Source of the DNA: Narcine bancroftii
Lineage: Eukaryota
Length of the DNA: 64,000 bases
Direction of reading: 5' to 3'
NCBI RefSeq assembly: GCF_036971445.1
Contig: NC_091473.1
Location: forward strand, 112,096,001 to 112,160,000
Part shown: one piece after another, positions 37,081 to 49,653 of the stretch
Numbering within the stretch: the first letter of the stretch is position 1
Layout of the letters: every line of letters begins with the position of its first letter
Notes under the pieces: generated by a model
Told to the model about the DNA's origin: nothing
The model's input: the letters and a program-made list of their open reading frames with translations, nothing else
Database searches by the model: none
Position numbers and translations under genes: made by a program

Positions 37081-37759
37081 CAATTTTGATGTCATATGCA
37101 AATTTACTAACCATGCCCAACTATATTACCATTCATGTTAATACAGATGACAAATGTGAACCTGCATCAATCTTTGCAGCATGCCACAGACCACAGACTC
37201 CAATACGAGTAACAACTCTGTATTACCACACTCTGTTTCATGCCATCAAATGCATTTTTCATCTATTTGGCCACCTTATCCTGGATCCCATGCAATCTGA
37301 CCTTCCAGACTAGTCGACCACATAGGATCTCATCAAAGGCTTTGCTAAAGTCCATGTACACAACAATCACTATCTTGCTCTCTTAAAACTCTCGGTCACC
37401 TCTTCAAAATATTCAGTCATCTCTGCATCACAATCTCCCACACCCAGTTCCTTGCTGACTGTCTCCAAATAGATCTTGCCTTTCCAAATGCTGATAGATC
37501 CATTCCCTGAATCCCCTCCAGTAACTTCCCACTACTGATGTTAACCTAGCTTGTTCATTTGCTGTCCTTCCTGCAGTGGCATATTCAGGACAAGTGGGGC
37601 CCTCGGGCTGCCACTGACATTGATGACCCCCCGTTTAAAAAAAACGCACAACAAAACTGCCACACACTAACTGTGCCACTGCTGCTCGATATAGTTTCCA
37701 TTTTAAATGCCCCTCACCACCACTACACACACAGGTTGTAGATATAGGTTGTGAGATGC

Positions 37760-38660
37760 CAATCTGTCTTTACCCCTTCCCTCCTCTGATCACTGGGGAG
37801 CCCACATTCTGGCGATGGAAATCTATTAGATGTTTGACTGGGGAGCGGGACATGAGGCAGGCTGCAGGGAGATCGGCAAGGTATTAATTGGAAAATCTCC
37901 ATGGTGGCTGGGCGGGATGTTGGCGAGTTTGTCATTGGGTGGCCCAGGTGAGCTGTCGGTGGGGGCTGTCATCATGCAGCCAGGGTGGGCTGTTGGCAGG
38001 GCTGTAATTGTGCGGCTGGGGTGGGCAGCGGGGCTGTCGTCGCATGGCGGGGTGGGTGATGGGGCTGTCATCACGTGTCCCAGGCGGGCTGTCCGTGAGG
38101 CTATCATCTCGAGACTAGGGTATGCGGCCGGCGTAGCTGTCATTGCATGGCTGGGGTGGGCTGTCAGAGAGGTTGCCAGTGCGCGGCTGGGGCAGGTGGC
38201 CGGCGTGGTTGTCAGCGAGTGGCTGGTGGGGCCGTCAGCGGGCAGCCAACAGGGCCATCAGGGAGGGGGCTGGGGCAGGATGTGACAGTCCCGCCTGCTG
38301 GCCTCTGACACCTCACCAGGCCATTTCAGCCTTCGGGGCTGCTTGTCGTCCCCAACAGCTCAATGCGTGATCAATGGGCAAAATGGCCGTCTTCCCTACG
38401 CATAATCCCCAACGCAGCTGGAACCACTCTACGTTTCCCTGGCTGGTGCTGGCACTGGCAGAGTGGTTCCAGCTGTGTGGGTGAGTTATGGGTAGGGCCA
38501 TTTTGCCCATTAATCACGCATTGAGCCTTTGGGGACGACAAGCAGAGGCTGCATGGAGCCTCTGTCTGGTGCCACTTTCGTGCTGGAACAGCCCAGTGGG
38601 CTATGGACTCGGATATTGGGCGGATAAGGTGAGGACATAGCGTCCCCTGCAAGTGGCACC
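37760..38660. repeat. GC-rich dispersed element with degenerate G-rich tandem repeats and a ~207-bp fold-back
   Basis: Recurrent ggctg(g)ggtgggctgtc units at 37900-38280; inverted arms 38339-38430/38460-38545; reverse-complement fragment at 22338-22416. Confidence 0.7.
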
Positions 38661-39139
38661 CCAGTTCTGTGCCCCACCTGCCATCCCCTAGATACACTCT
38701 CCAGTCCTCCAGTACCTCACCTATGGCTAAAGATATATCTGTCACGATTCCTGGAATTTCTTTCCTGGCTGCTCTGAATATCCTAGCCCACACTTGATCG
38801 GACATGGGGATTTATCTACATTTATGCATTTTGAGACCTCCTGTACATTCTTTCTTGAAATATAATTGTGCTCCATTTCTTTAAGATATTTACCTTGAGA
38901 ATAAAATCATTTTAATGTGATTCCACTGAATAAAAATATTTGCAAAAACATTTTAAAAGAGTTTGGTTACTAAAAGTTCTAATGTTGTCTCCCTTTTTCA
39001 CCAGTTGAGTGTACTGCTGAATTGTGATTGCTGTAAAATGATAAATAAACTGGAATAACTATTGATATTGGCCCAGCCTCGGGGGAAGACAGGACATTTC
39101 TTTTTTGATGAGAATTTGTTGCATAATAATTGACATGTT

Positions 39140-39990
39140 GTTTTGCAAACAAAAGACACTTCCCTTCAAATATTACTTTTTTGAAACCGAGAAATATCAC
39201 AGTGTATTTTCTTACACAGACCGTCAGGACCAAGGATGATGTGCATCCAGGTCTGTGTATTTTGAGGTGACTGAACACACTATGGGATATACATCCTCTG
39301 CAACTCATTGGCAGGATTTGCTTGGCAGGGCAGGTGGCTGGATGCATGGACTAAAGATTTACAGAAGGCATCCTCAAACTCCCCCATTTTCAGTAGCCGT
39401 TAGCCAGAGATTGCTGGAGCTGGAGGGGATACTACACTTCTTCAAGGATGCTCTTAAACATTTTTTTCTCTATGTATCTGGTAATGTTTTCTTGATTAAA
39501 GCTCAGAATGCAATGTCTATTTTGGGAGTTTAATGTTTGGCATACGAGTGGCATTGCTGGCCAATGAAGCTCTCTGATTGTAATTATGGACTCAGTGCTG
39601 GGGAAGTTGGACTGGGGGAAGATGCTAGCACTAGTTCATTCATAAATCCAGTGGAGTAGGATAATTCTACAGAAGTAATGTTTTTGGTATCTCACTAATA
39701 TTTTGAACTTAAGGGAACAAATAACTCAGAGGCAAATGGAAGGACAGGGATTGCTGTTGTCTAGTAGACCACAAGTTTTGTGCCTGATTTGATCCCTTGA
39801 TCATAAAACACCCCTTTCTTCAGATGCCCAATGTCAGGATCATTGCCGCAACACTTACTTCAGTATTTCTTGCCACAGTATTGCATCTCACCTCCAACAA
39901 GCCTTTGATTGGTGTGAAACTAAGTCACAGGGTTAATGGTGAATTGTTCAATCTATATTGCCTCCACTCCGTAACAAAGGTCTTCCTAGC
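39140..39990. mobile_element. Old RTE fragments
   Basis: IIAATL.SVFL..VLHLTSNK...V.L..R.NG.LFNL is homologous to the RTE RT segment at 32820-32970. Confidence 0.55.
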
Positions 39991-41859
39991 CTCAAAGGAG
40001 CAAAGTTTCCTTTTATTGTCACATAATAATACATTAAAATATATTGTGATATACTTCATACTATGTACTGTATACATAAAATACTTCAATTTTTGTCTGC
40101 TGCAATGTAAAAAGTCTCCATGAGCATTGTACAGCGCCCCTAACATTAGGAGAAAGAGAAGCAAATGAGAGTCTCTTCAGAGACACTTAAGTGTCCATGG
40201 ATTGGCCACCAGCACTCCCGCTGCCTCTGCAGTCGCACAGACTTCATTTCAGATCATCGGCAAACTGAGCTCCTGATCAAAACCTCCGATATGATCAGGA
40301 AGCCCTTCTTGCCCTCAGCACCTGCTTGATAATTTGTTCCCATGAGCCAGTGTCCAGCAGCCCACAGCTTGTGCTTCTTAACTAGGGGCGTTCTCCTCAT
40401 TTCTGGTGCCCTGCAGTAGCACGCTGCTCCGCCCCCCCACCCCACCCTGAATCGGCAACTCCTTGTGGCATGCTGCCCAGCATAGGTACCGTCATCTTGG
40501 AACCAGACCCTGGAGTTACAGGATTTAAAAAAACAGTGTTGACTCCTTTAACAGGCCATTTAAAGCTTGTACGGAGGAGTCAGTAGTCAAGTTGCAGTAT
40601 GCATACAATGTTTGCTTCTGCATACACTTGGAGTCTACGCTCTGTGTAATGGTAGACTTGTGTACAAAAGGATTGGACTTGTACTAAAAATTCATGAAAC
40701 AAAGCCCTGTACTGTATTGTTGGCATCCAACAATAAAAAGAAATGAGAAAACCATGGAAACTGGAAAGGGGAAAAGGGTGTTGGAAGGGTGTTGGAAGAC
40801 AAGCCGTCAGACCAAGCACAATTCATCAGAATGTATAAGGTGCTGGTAAAATGCAAATAGAATTGAGCTATTGACTGAGTGGGCATATAAAATAAATCCT
40901 TAAAAAAATCTTGACTTTCTTCTTGGCAGAGATATATTTCTCTCGAGTTGCCCCTTTGATGGCCACCTATTTCAAATCCCCACCCCATTTCCTTGCTGAC
41001 ATGTCTATCCATGGTCTCATGCACTACTAGACTGAGACCACCCACAAATTGGAGGACAACACCTCATGAACCAAGTCTGGGGTTTGAATCCTGTGCCGCC
41101 TGTAAGGAATTTGTATGTTCTCCTGTGTTTGCGTGGGTTTCCTCCAGGTGCTCCGGTTTCCTCCCACCCTTCAAAACTTAGAGGTCAATTGGGTGTAATT
41201 GGGAGGCATGGGCTCAAGGGTCAGAAAGGCCTGTTACTGTGCTATATGTCTAGCCAAAGGTTTGGTTTACACCAGGATCATCTTACACTGTTACAGATAT
41301 TAGGTTTGTGTGTGTGTTGTAATTGAAAGTAAAATCTCCCTAATCACTTGCCATAGGTGATTAAACATTTGTCATTCCTTAACTTCAGTCTCTGTTTTCA
41401 TATAGTTGTAGGAATTCTACCACAGCAGCTCATCATGTAATCTTCAGGCTTATTGAGTGTTACAGAATGTCTATAACCTTATAATTTCATGCATGTGGTT
41501 CTGGGCAAAATCAAGCCTACACATTTGATGACATAAAAGTACATAATCGCATATCCAGACATTCTTTTGTCTTAAATTCCTTTGATAGGTAATGTTCGTA
41601 ATGATGTCATATTAATAATTTGATATATTTGTTGAAAGAACATTTTTAGATCTGCCTATGATTATCAATTATGCAAACAATTGGAATGAAAGTCACTACA
41701 TATAAATCATGAATGATTAGTATAGTTATTTCTTGTGACAATATTACACAAAATAAACAGTACAGAAACAAACCCTTTTGCCCAACCAGCTCCTGCTGGC
41801 ATTGATATTCCACTCAAACCTCCTCCTTTCTTTCTTCATCTAAATCTATAAGCATATTC

Positions 41860-42372
41860 CTCTCGAGTTGCCCCTTTTGATGGCCACCTATTTCAAATCC
41901 CCACCCCATTCCCTTGCTGACATGTCTATCCATGGTTTCATGCACTGCCAGACAGACTGAGACCACCTGCAAATTGGAGGACAACAACTCATCTTCCGAC
42001 TGGGCACCCTCCAACCGAATGGCATTAGTTAAAAGCCCCTCCTCTCCACTTCTTCCCCCATCGCCTTCCTCCAGCTCTGACTCTCTTTTCCCTATTTCCT
42101 TTTGCATAAACATGATAAATTCTTACTAGTCCCTTATCATATCCAATTTACACCATTTATTGGTCTGAATTCCTCCCCCAGCAAGCATTGTCTGAATTCT
42201 GAGACTTCCTGCTTCTGGCTTATTCTTCTTATTCGTCGAGGAAGGGCTCAGGCCCAAAAAAGTCGGCAATATATCTTTGCTTTTTTGGATGCTGAAAACA
42301 GCAGCTGAGTTCCTCCAGCATTTCTGTGTTTTTACTACAATCACAGCGTCTGCAGGCTTTCATGTTTCACTC
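41860..42372 (+). mobile_element. Penelope 3' fragment with terminal repeat (partial second copy 40940-41067)
   Basis: aaattggaggacaacaactcatcttccgactgggcaccctccaacc (KLEEQHLIFRLGTLQP-like) and terminal gaagggctcaggccc...gctgagttcctccagca. Confidence 0.75.
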
Positions 42373-43559
42373 TGCCTTTTATGAATGTCCAATATCCCTT
42401 TAAAAATATCTAAACTATTCCCTCTGTAGCAATGAGTTTTGAAAACTGGTTGGGCAAAATCATTTCTTCTTCATTTCCTTTTGGATTTCTTGGTTATAAC
42501 TTTATGTGGATAAGTTTCATGTTCTTCCTTACATAGAGATATTCTTTATATTTGCACAATTAATACCTTTCATAATTTCAATGGCCTTTATTAGATCATC
42601 ATCCACTCTCCTTTCTCAAGAAGTATAATGCTTGTACATATATGCTCACATTTATGCAAATCAATGGTATTCCATGTGCATGTTCAGAGAGGTATTTATC
42701 ATCTTTATGAATTGTATATTTATTGAAATACTCAAAGGAAATTCACTTGTCTATTGGCAGTCTACCTTACCTCAAAAGTTAACATGTAATTGCATCAGTT
42801 TACAGTATATATCTATAATAGTCTTAATGGAGAAACATGCATGGGTACTTGTGGTGAACTAATTGCTTTTATCCAGAGTTTAATATATTTTCAGATTCAT
42901 AAATTATCCATTGAGTTTTATATATGAATGAATTATTTACTTTGAGTATGTACCACATGTATTCAGGAATACATGTAAGATACACCAACTACAAAAGCAT
43001 CAATTAAATTTCCACACTATGCCAAGACAGAAAAAGAGATAATAAATACAAAAGGATAAATAAATATTCAGAGTTGCAGTTAACACACACACAATAAAAA
43101 GATTTTTCAGTCATGCGGACAAGTCTTTTGGCTGTAGCTTCTGGTGAAAATTAGGGAATGTAGAGTTTCAAGAGCTGATAGCTGTGAATAACCATGGTTC
43201 TTGAACCTACAGATGCTGGATTCTGTACCTCTGCCTAAAAGTAGCAGCAAGGAGAGAGTGTGACCAGAATAATGTTAGGGGTCCTTCATGATGTTGGTTG
43301 CTTTCTTGAGGCAGTGCCTTACATAGATACTTACAATGAATGGGAGGTTAGTGTCTTTGATGGACTTGAGCAAGTTTGGGCCTTCCTGTAATAAGAATTT
43401 ATTCTGAAAATTATTTGTTTTCTTGTCAATCAAATTATGTTTGAGCCTAATTTTACTGATCAGGTGAAATGATGATGCAATGTGTATTTTGTGTTGATAT
43501 AAGTGAGAACAGAGAGGTCAAAAGCTGCTCCTTCATTCCTCCATGGCTGCTACGACCAT

Positions 43560-44045
43560 GATGCCAATCTAATTCATCCCATCTGCCTGCATGTGGTCTT
43601 CACAGCTTGTTCATGAGCCTGTCTAAATGTGTCTTAAAGGTTGCTTTCATATCTGCTTCTACCACCTCCCCTGGTAGCACATTCCAGGCACCCACCACTC
43701 TTCATGTGAAGAATTTTCCTTGCAAATCTTCATTAAACTTTCCCTCTCTCATCTAACCAAGGTCTCCTAGTATTTGACATTTCAACCTGAAGAAAAAGAC
43801 TCTCTCTACTTTATCTCTGTCCCTTATAATGTAACAGATTTCCCCTTGGCCTCCAACACTTCTGAGAAAATAATCCAAATTTGTCAAATTTCTCCTCATG
43901 GCTAATACATTTCAATCTAGACACAACATCCTTGTGAAACTTTTCTTGCCCCCTCCAAATTCTCCTCATCCTTCCTATAATGTGGCAACCATATAACATA
44001 GGATACTCCATATGAGGCCTAACCAAAGTTTTCCAATGAGCCAGC
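43560..44045 (-). mobile_element. CR1 3' fragment
   Basis: TLVRPHMEY..., KFDKFGLFS remnant on the minus strand. Confidence 0.65.
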
Positions 44046-46263
44046 AATGTGCGTTTTATAATGAACCTGCAATGCCTTTAGGAGCAAAAAGCAAACTGCC
44101 AGGTAAACTCAGCAGGTCGAGCAGCATCTGTGAAGAGGAAAGGAATTGTTGATGTTTTGGGTCAAGATCCTGCAACAGGTCTGAGAGAGTGAAGATTGCT
44201 GGTATAAAGAGGAGAGAAGGAAGTGTGAAACAGGGTCCATTAAGTGATAGGTGAATCCAGGATGGGAGAAGAATTTTATAGGTTCATCATCTATGTGAAA
44301 TAAACTCCTTATCTCAATCTTATATTTGTTCTAAGGTTCTCTAGGTCGATAATCTGGGTGTTTCTCTTTGGGATGAGGCCAAATAACAGTTCGGCACATG
44401 GGCCGAAGGGTCTGTTTCTGTGCTATAGAGTTCTATGGTTCTAAATCTTACACTAACATTGTGATCTCTGGTTCTAGACCTTCCCCACCAAGGCAAACAT
44501 CTTTACTGCATCTAAACTCCCAAGCCCTGTTCAAATTTTGTTCAATGAAATATCTTCTCATCTGAACTCAGTTGGTAGGGATACAGGGTATCCTTTCATC
44601 TGTCGTGTGAAGTGCTGGACAGTCATTGAATGTGAAGTTATACTCCTTTGTCTGTATAATGTGTTGCTAATATTTTGAAGTTTAAGTGATGCTGTATTGC
44701 CTGGCATATGAGGATGTTCTGAGTAGGCCAAATTTGGCAATTGTTAAAAAAGAGAAGAGAAAACGCATGCACAAATTACTAGTCCTGATGTAAGAAGAAA
44801 GAAAAAGCAAATTATCTGAAATTGGAGAATTGAATCCTACAGGCTGCAATATGCCCAGTCAAAAAGTGAGGTGTTATTCCTTGAGATTAGACTGAATCTT
44901 GTTATAACACTGCGGGAATCACAGACAGAATAATCAGACTGGGGTGGGAAGGAGAGTTAAAATGGCAAGCAACCAGAAGCTCACGATCATTCCTACAGAC
45001 TGAACATAGGCAGTCTACAAAGCAATCACCCAATCTGAGTTTGGTTTCTCCAAGGTAGAAAAAGCCAGATTTCACTCTATTTACTGACCAATAACTGCCC
45101 AGAATTTCTTTCTCTCACTGACATGACCTTTGTTCCACTTATTGCCCTCCTCTACCTTTTCCATTACTTAGATGAACTTCCCTCTCTTTCTCAGTTCTGA
45201 CGAAGGGTCTTCAATTTGAAACATTAATTGGATTCTCTTTTGATAGATGCTGCCTGACTGGCTGAGTTCTTCCAGGATTTTTGTTGTTTCAGATTCCAGA
45301 TTCAGTTTTATTTGTTTTACATAAATAGAAAGTAAATAATCTTAGAAGATGGAGACAAATGATTCATTTTTACAATAGTGACTTGCATTAATGTTGGAGG
45401 AGAATGATCTGAGACCCCCCCAAAAAAATGACTTGTTTTTCTTGACACCTTCTTCATGAAAACTGAATTCAATCTGCCATGAAGGTAGCAATATCAAAAT
45501 ACTTATATTATTTATTCACTGATGTGACTATCTCTAGAAAGGCAACATTCTGCATTGTCCTCAAGAACCATGTTCCTGAAAATCCTACCTGTGTGCTGCA
45601 AGTATTTATACTGTCTCAGGTAAGGATTTATGAGATTTGGACATAGAACAATAAAGTACTCAACCTTTTACCTGATAATGCTGCAATTGTATGTATATGG
45701 GTGGCTCAGTTAAGATCATGCCCTCTTCACACTGCTACCATCAGGAAGGAGGTTTAGGAGCCTGAAGATGATCATTAATGGCATAAAAACAGCTTCTTCC
45801 TCTCGGCCATCAGATTTCTGAATGAAGAATGAACCATAGACATTACCTCACTTTCTCTTCTTTTGCACTAATTTGTTTATTTGAACTGCTAAACAATGAA
45901 TTTTATAACATGTGCATGACAATAAATTCTGATTCTGATTCTGCTCATGGTCATTGATGACTCCAGGATAGTATGAAGTTATTGACAGTTAATGTTGTTG
46001 AATTCCAAGAAGAGGTGATATACATTTTCTTCTCAGAGGTATATTGTCTTGTACTTGTTTGGTGGGAATATTATTCAATTTATATCTGAATGTTGTCCAG
46101 GTCTTGAAGTACCCAAAGATAGACTACTTCACCATATGAGAAATTGTGAAGAGAATACTATGCTAACATGTTTGAGGCAGCAGAAGATGAATGAGTCAGG
46201 GCTTTATATGAAAAATTCCTACAGCAATGCGCTGATTGGATTTCACTCATCATAATTATCTTT

Positions 46264-46460
46264 AGGGCAGCATGGTTCGTGTAGTGGTTAGTAGCAACCC
46301 GGGTTCGAACCCGCCATTGTCTAAGGAATCTGTATTTTCTCCCCGTGTCTGCATGGGTTTCCTCTGGGTTCTCCGGTTCCCTCTCAATTTCCAAATACAT
46401 ACGGGGTTAGTTGGTTAATTTGTCACATGGGTATATTTAGGCAGCGAGGGCTTGTGGGTA
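46264..46460 (+). mobile_element. V-SINE (HE1-like)
   Basis: gggttcgaaccc B-box, then ttctccccgtgtctgcatgggtttcctctgggttctccggttcc V-domain. Confidence 0.8.
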
Positions 46461-47559
46461 GGAATTGCATGATACTTTGATGATTCATATCTAAATATCT
46501 TTGATTTTGGTAGAACTTTAGCCAGAGAACTCTAAACAGTTGTTTTAGTGCAGTCCCCCAATTCCTGGAATGAACACTTTTGTCCATGTTTGAGCCACAG
46601 ATATTCTAGTTGACATGGTAACAATTTGTCCTGTTTGACATATTACTAAGAGAGCTAGTAATTTGGCTAGTATAATCTTTGTTTCTACATTTAAACCAGA
46701 TATGAGTTTATAACCTTGGTGTCAATGTGGTTTGTTTCTGTAAACACTAGAGCTCTAGAAGAAATATACTGGAATGAGAATTTAGAGAACATCAGGAATA
46801 AAGTTACTAAAGAAACCACAGCACACTCCTGGATTCAACAAGATTCATTGACACCATATTGGAACCATTTGCGAAAGGTTGAATGTTTGAAGCAACTGTC
46901 AATGAACCTACTGTGTTAGTTGACCACATGTTTCAAACTCCACCCTTTTGCCACCACCGGTAGAAGGGCTTCCTGTTGAAATAACTCCCCCAGGAAGCTT
47001 TTCCTTAAATGTCTCCACTTTATCACTTTCATTCCTACTTTTTAATTCTTACCAAGAATATTTCTTTTTCTACTTGCATTTTACTTCAATGATCTGTTAT
47101 CTCTCTTAATTGCTTCATATCTTTAATTGAGTCTTGAAAGCAGCCTGAATTTTATTCTTAACTAGGTACTGTCAGTTACTAATGTCTAGGTTTTTCACAA
47201 CTAATGCAAACCAAATTGCAGGATTTTTAAAAAAGTAACGTGAAACATGCTCCACCATTTGAAATTTCACATACTTGTATACAGCTACCTTCAGGTCAAA
47301 CTCACCACCTTCAGGTCGAACTCACCCAAAACTTGCGGTGTTTCTTAGGTAGACTGGAATGTACAGTTAAATGCAGAGACAGTTCATTGAAGCAAGCTTG
47401 GAGGGTGAGGGCCATACTTCTGCTCCTAATTTGTATGCACATGTATATGTAAATCTGGCATAAGATTTACATAAAGATAGCGAGCAACGAGACAAATGGA
47501 AATGAATGCGGGGAAATGTGTGGCTTTAGTAGGAAGAACAGGAAAACAATGCATTTAAT

Positions 47560-48353
47560 ATAGATACTTGTGTATTAGCTGATCCCATGTAATAGTCGAC
47601 CCTCCTTGTTTGGCCCCAAAATTGACTGTTTTGTATGACCCGTGTAAAAGTCGACCCCCTTATTTTTGGCCCCGACCATCTACCCATCTGAGCTCCTGAG
47701 GCCCTGGCTTCCTGCCCACCAGAACTCCCAACACTCCAACAGCAGATCCTCGTCCGGGCCACCTGTCCACCAGAGCTCCCAACACCCAGCTCTCCACCCA
47801 TCTGAACTCCTAACCACTGATCCTCGCCCCGGCTGATTGCGAATCCTCACCTCAGCCACCTGCCCATCCAAACGCCCAATGGTACCCATTTGAGCTCCCC
47901 ACTGTGGATCCTCACCCCAGCTACTCGCCCATCCAAACCCCCGATGCCCGAGCTGCCCGCCCGTCCGAGATCCTGACCATAGATCCTCACCCCAACCGCC
48001 TGCCCGCCCATCTGAACTCCTGATGTTCCAGCTGCCCACCCATCTGAGCTCCTGACACTCCAGGCACCCACCCATCCGAGCTCCCATTGCCCCGGCTGCC
48101 CACGCATCTGAACTCCCGACGCATTGGCCACCCATCCCGTCCACAGATCCTCATCCTGACTGCCCACCCATCCTAGCTCCCGATGCCCCAAAACCTGACT
48201 CACCACCTACACCAAGGCATCTGAGCTCCCAACGCCTTGAATGATACAGGTCCTTACTGAGGTCAAAAGTTTGATTTGTGTAAATTCGACCACATATTTT
48301 TTGACCTGAAAAGTGGTCCAAAAAAATTTGACGATTGCACAAGTATATCTGGT
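47560..48353. mobile_element. Pogo/Tigger-like MITE filled with a degenerate C-rich minisatellite (47670-48235)
   Basis: Ends atacttgtgtattag / cacaagtatatctggta with subterminal gtcgacc repeats; interior repeats ccacccatc(t/c)gagctcc. Confidence 0.6.
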
Positions 48354-48439
48354 AAAAGAGGGAAAGTTAATAAATGTAAATGTGTAGTTATGTGGTGTTC
48401 TGATGAAATCAATAAGCCATTATGCAGATTCAGCCCCCT

Positions 48440-49545
48440 ATTATGATGGCAAATGTTAGCTTTTACTGCAAGTTTGTTGCAGTGCTGAAATTGTTCCCAT
48501 CTTTGGTGGGACAGTGCAATACAGAAAGAAGTAAAAAAAAACCAATAAAGTGCAAAAGAGTCCTTAAATGAGTCCCTGATTGAGTTTGTTGTTGAGGTAG
48601 CAGCTGTTCCTGTACCTGGTGGTGCGAGTTTTGTAGCATCTATACCTCTTTCCTGATGGTAGCAACCAGAACAGAGCATGTGCTGGGTGGTGTTGATCCT
48701 TGATGATTGCTGTTGTTCTCTGATGGCAACATTCCCTATAAATGTTCTCCATGATAGGAAAGGGCTTTCCTGTGATGTCCTGGGCTGTGTCCACTACCTT
48801 TTGCAAGGCTTTTCACTGGAGGGTATTGGTGTTCCCATACCAGACTGTGGTGCAGCCGGTCAGCACACTTTCCACTGTGACTCTAGATATTTGACAGGGT
48901 TTTCAATGTCATACCAAACCTTCACAAACTCCTGTGGGAGTAGAAGTGCTGATGTGCTTTCTTCACAATACCATTAGGGTGTTGGGTCCAGGAAAGGTCC
49001 TCCAAGATAGTAACACCCAAGAACTTAAATTTGCTCACCTCTGCACCTCTGATCTCCAATGATCCCTAGATCGTACTCATCTGGTTTCTCTTCCTGAAAT
49101 CAACAATCAGCTCCTTGGTTTTGGTGACATTGAGTGCGAGGTTATTGTTGGTACACAATTCGGCTAAGTTTTCAGCTCCCTGATGTATGCTGATTCATCA
49201 CCTCTTTTTATACAATTCACCACCTTGGTATCATTACCAAATTTGTAGATGCCATTGTTGTCAACCCAAACCACATTGTCATAGGTGTAAAGCAAGTAGA
49301 TCAGGGGGCTAAGAACTTAGTCCTGTTCTGCCCCGGTGCTGATGGAGTTGTGGAGGAGCTGTTCTTATCTTTTCTCAATGATTGTGGTCTGTAGTTGAGA
49401 ATATCTAGGGTCCATGGGTGTTGAGTCCAAGGTCTTCAAGTTTGCTGATCAGCTTTGAGGGGATGATGGTGTTAAATGCCAAACTGTAGTTGATAAAGAC
49501 CATCCTGATGTATGCATCTTTGCTGTCCAGATGTTCCAGGGCTTT
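48440..49545 (-). mobile_element. Rex1/Babar non-LTR retrotransposon 3' half
   Basis: IIKDQHHPAHALF.LLPSGKRYR...TRTTR.RNS motif and upstream RT remnant. Confidence 0.8.
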
Positions 49546-49653
49546 ATGTAGATAGATAACCTACCTGTTCTTCCATTTTATATATACCTTATGTCAGTTT
49601 AGCATGTGAAACAGAGCTAAGAAAATAATTAGCAAAATATTTGGTGGCATAGT

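Noticed and set aside
47526-48206. Gly/Trp-rich repetitive ORFs
   Set aside because: Products of a degenerate minisatellite inside a MITE; overlapping frames are all similarly open.
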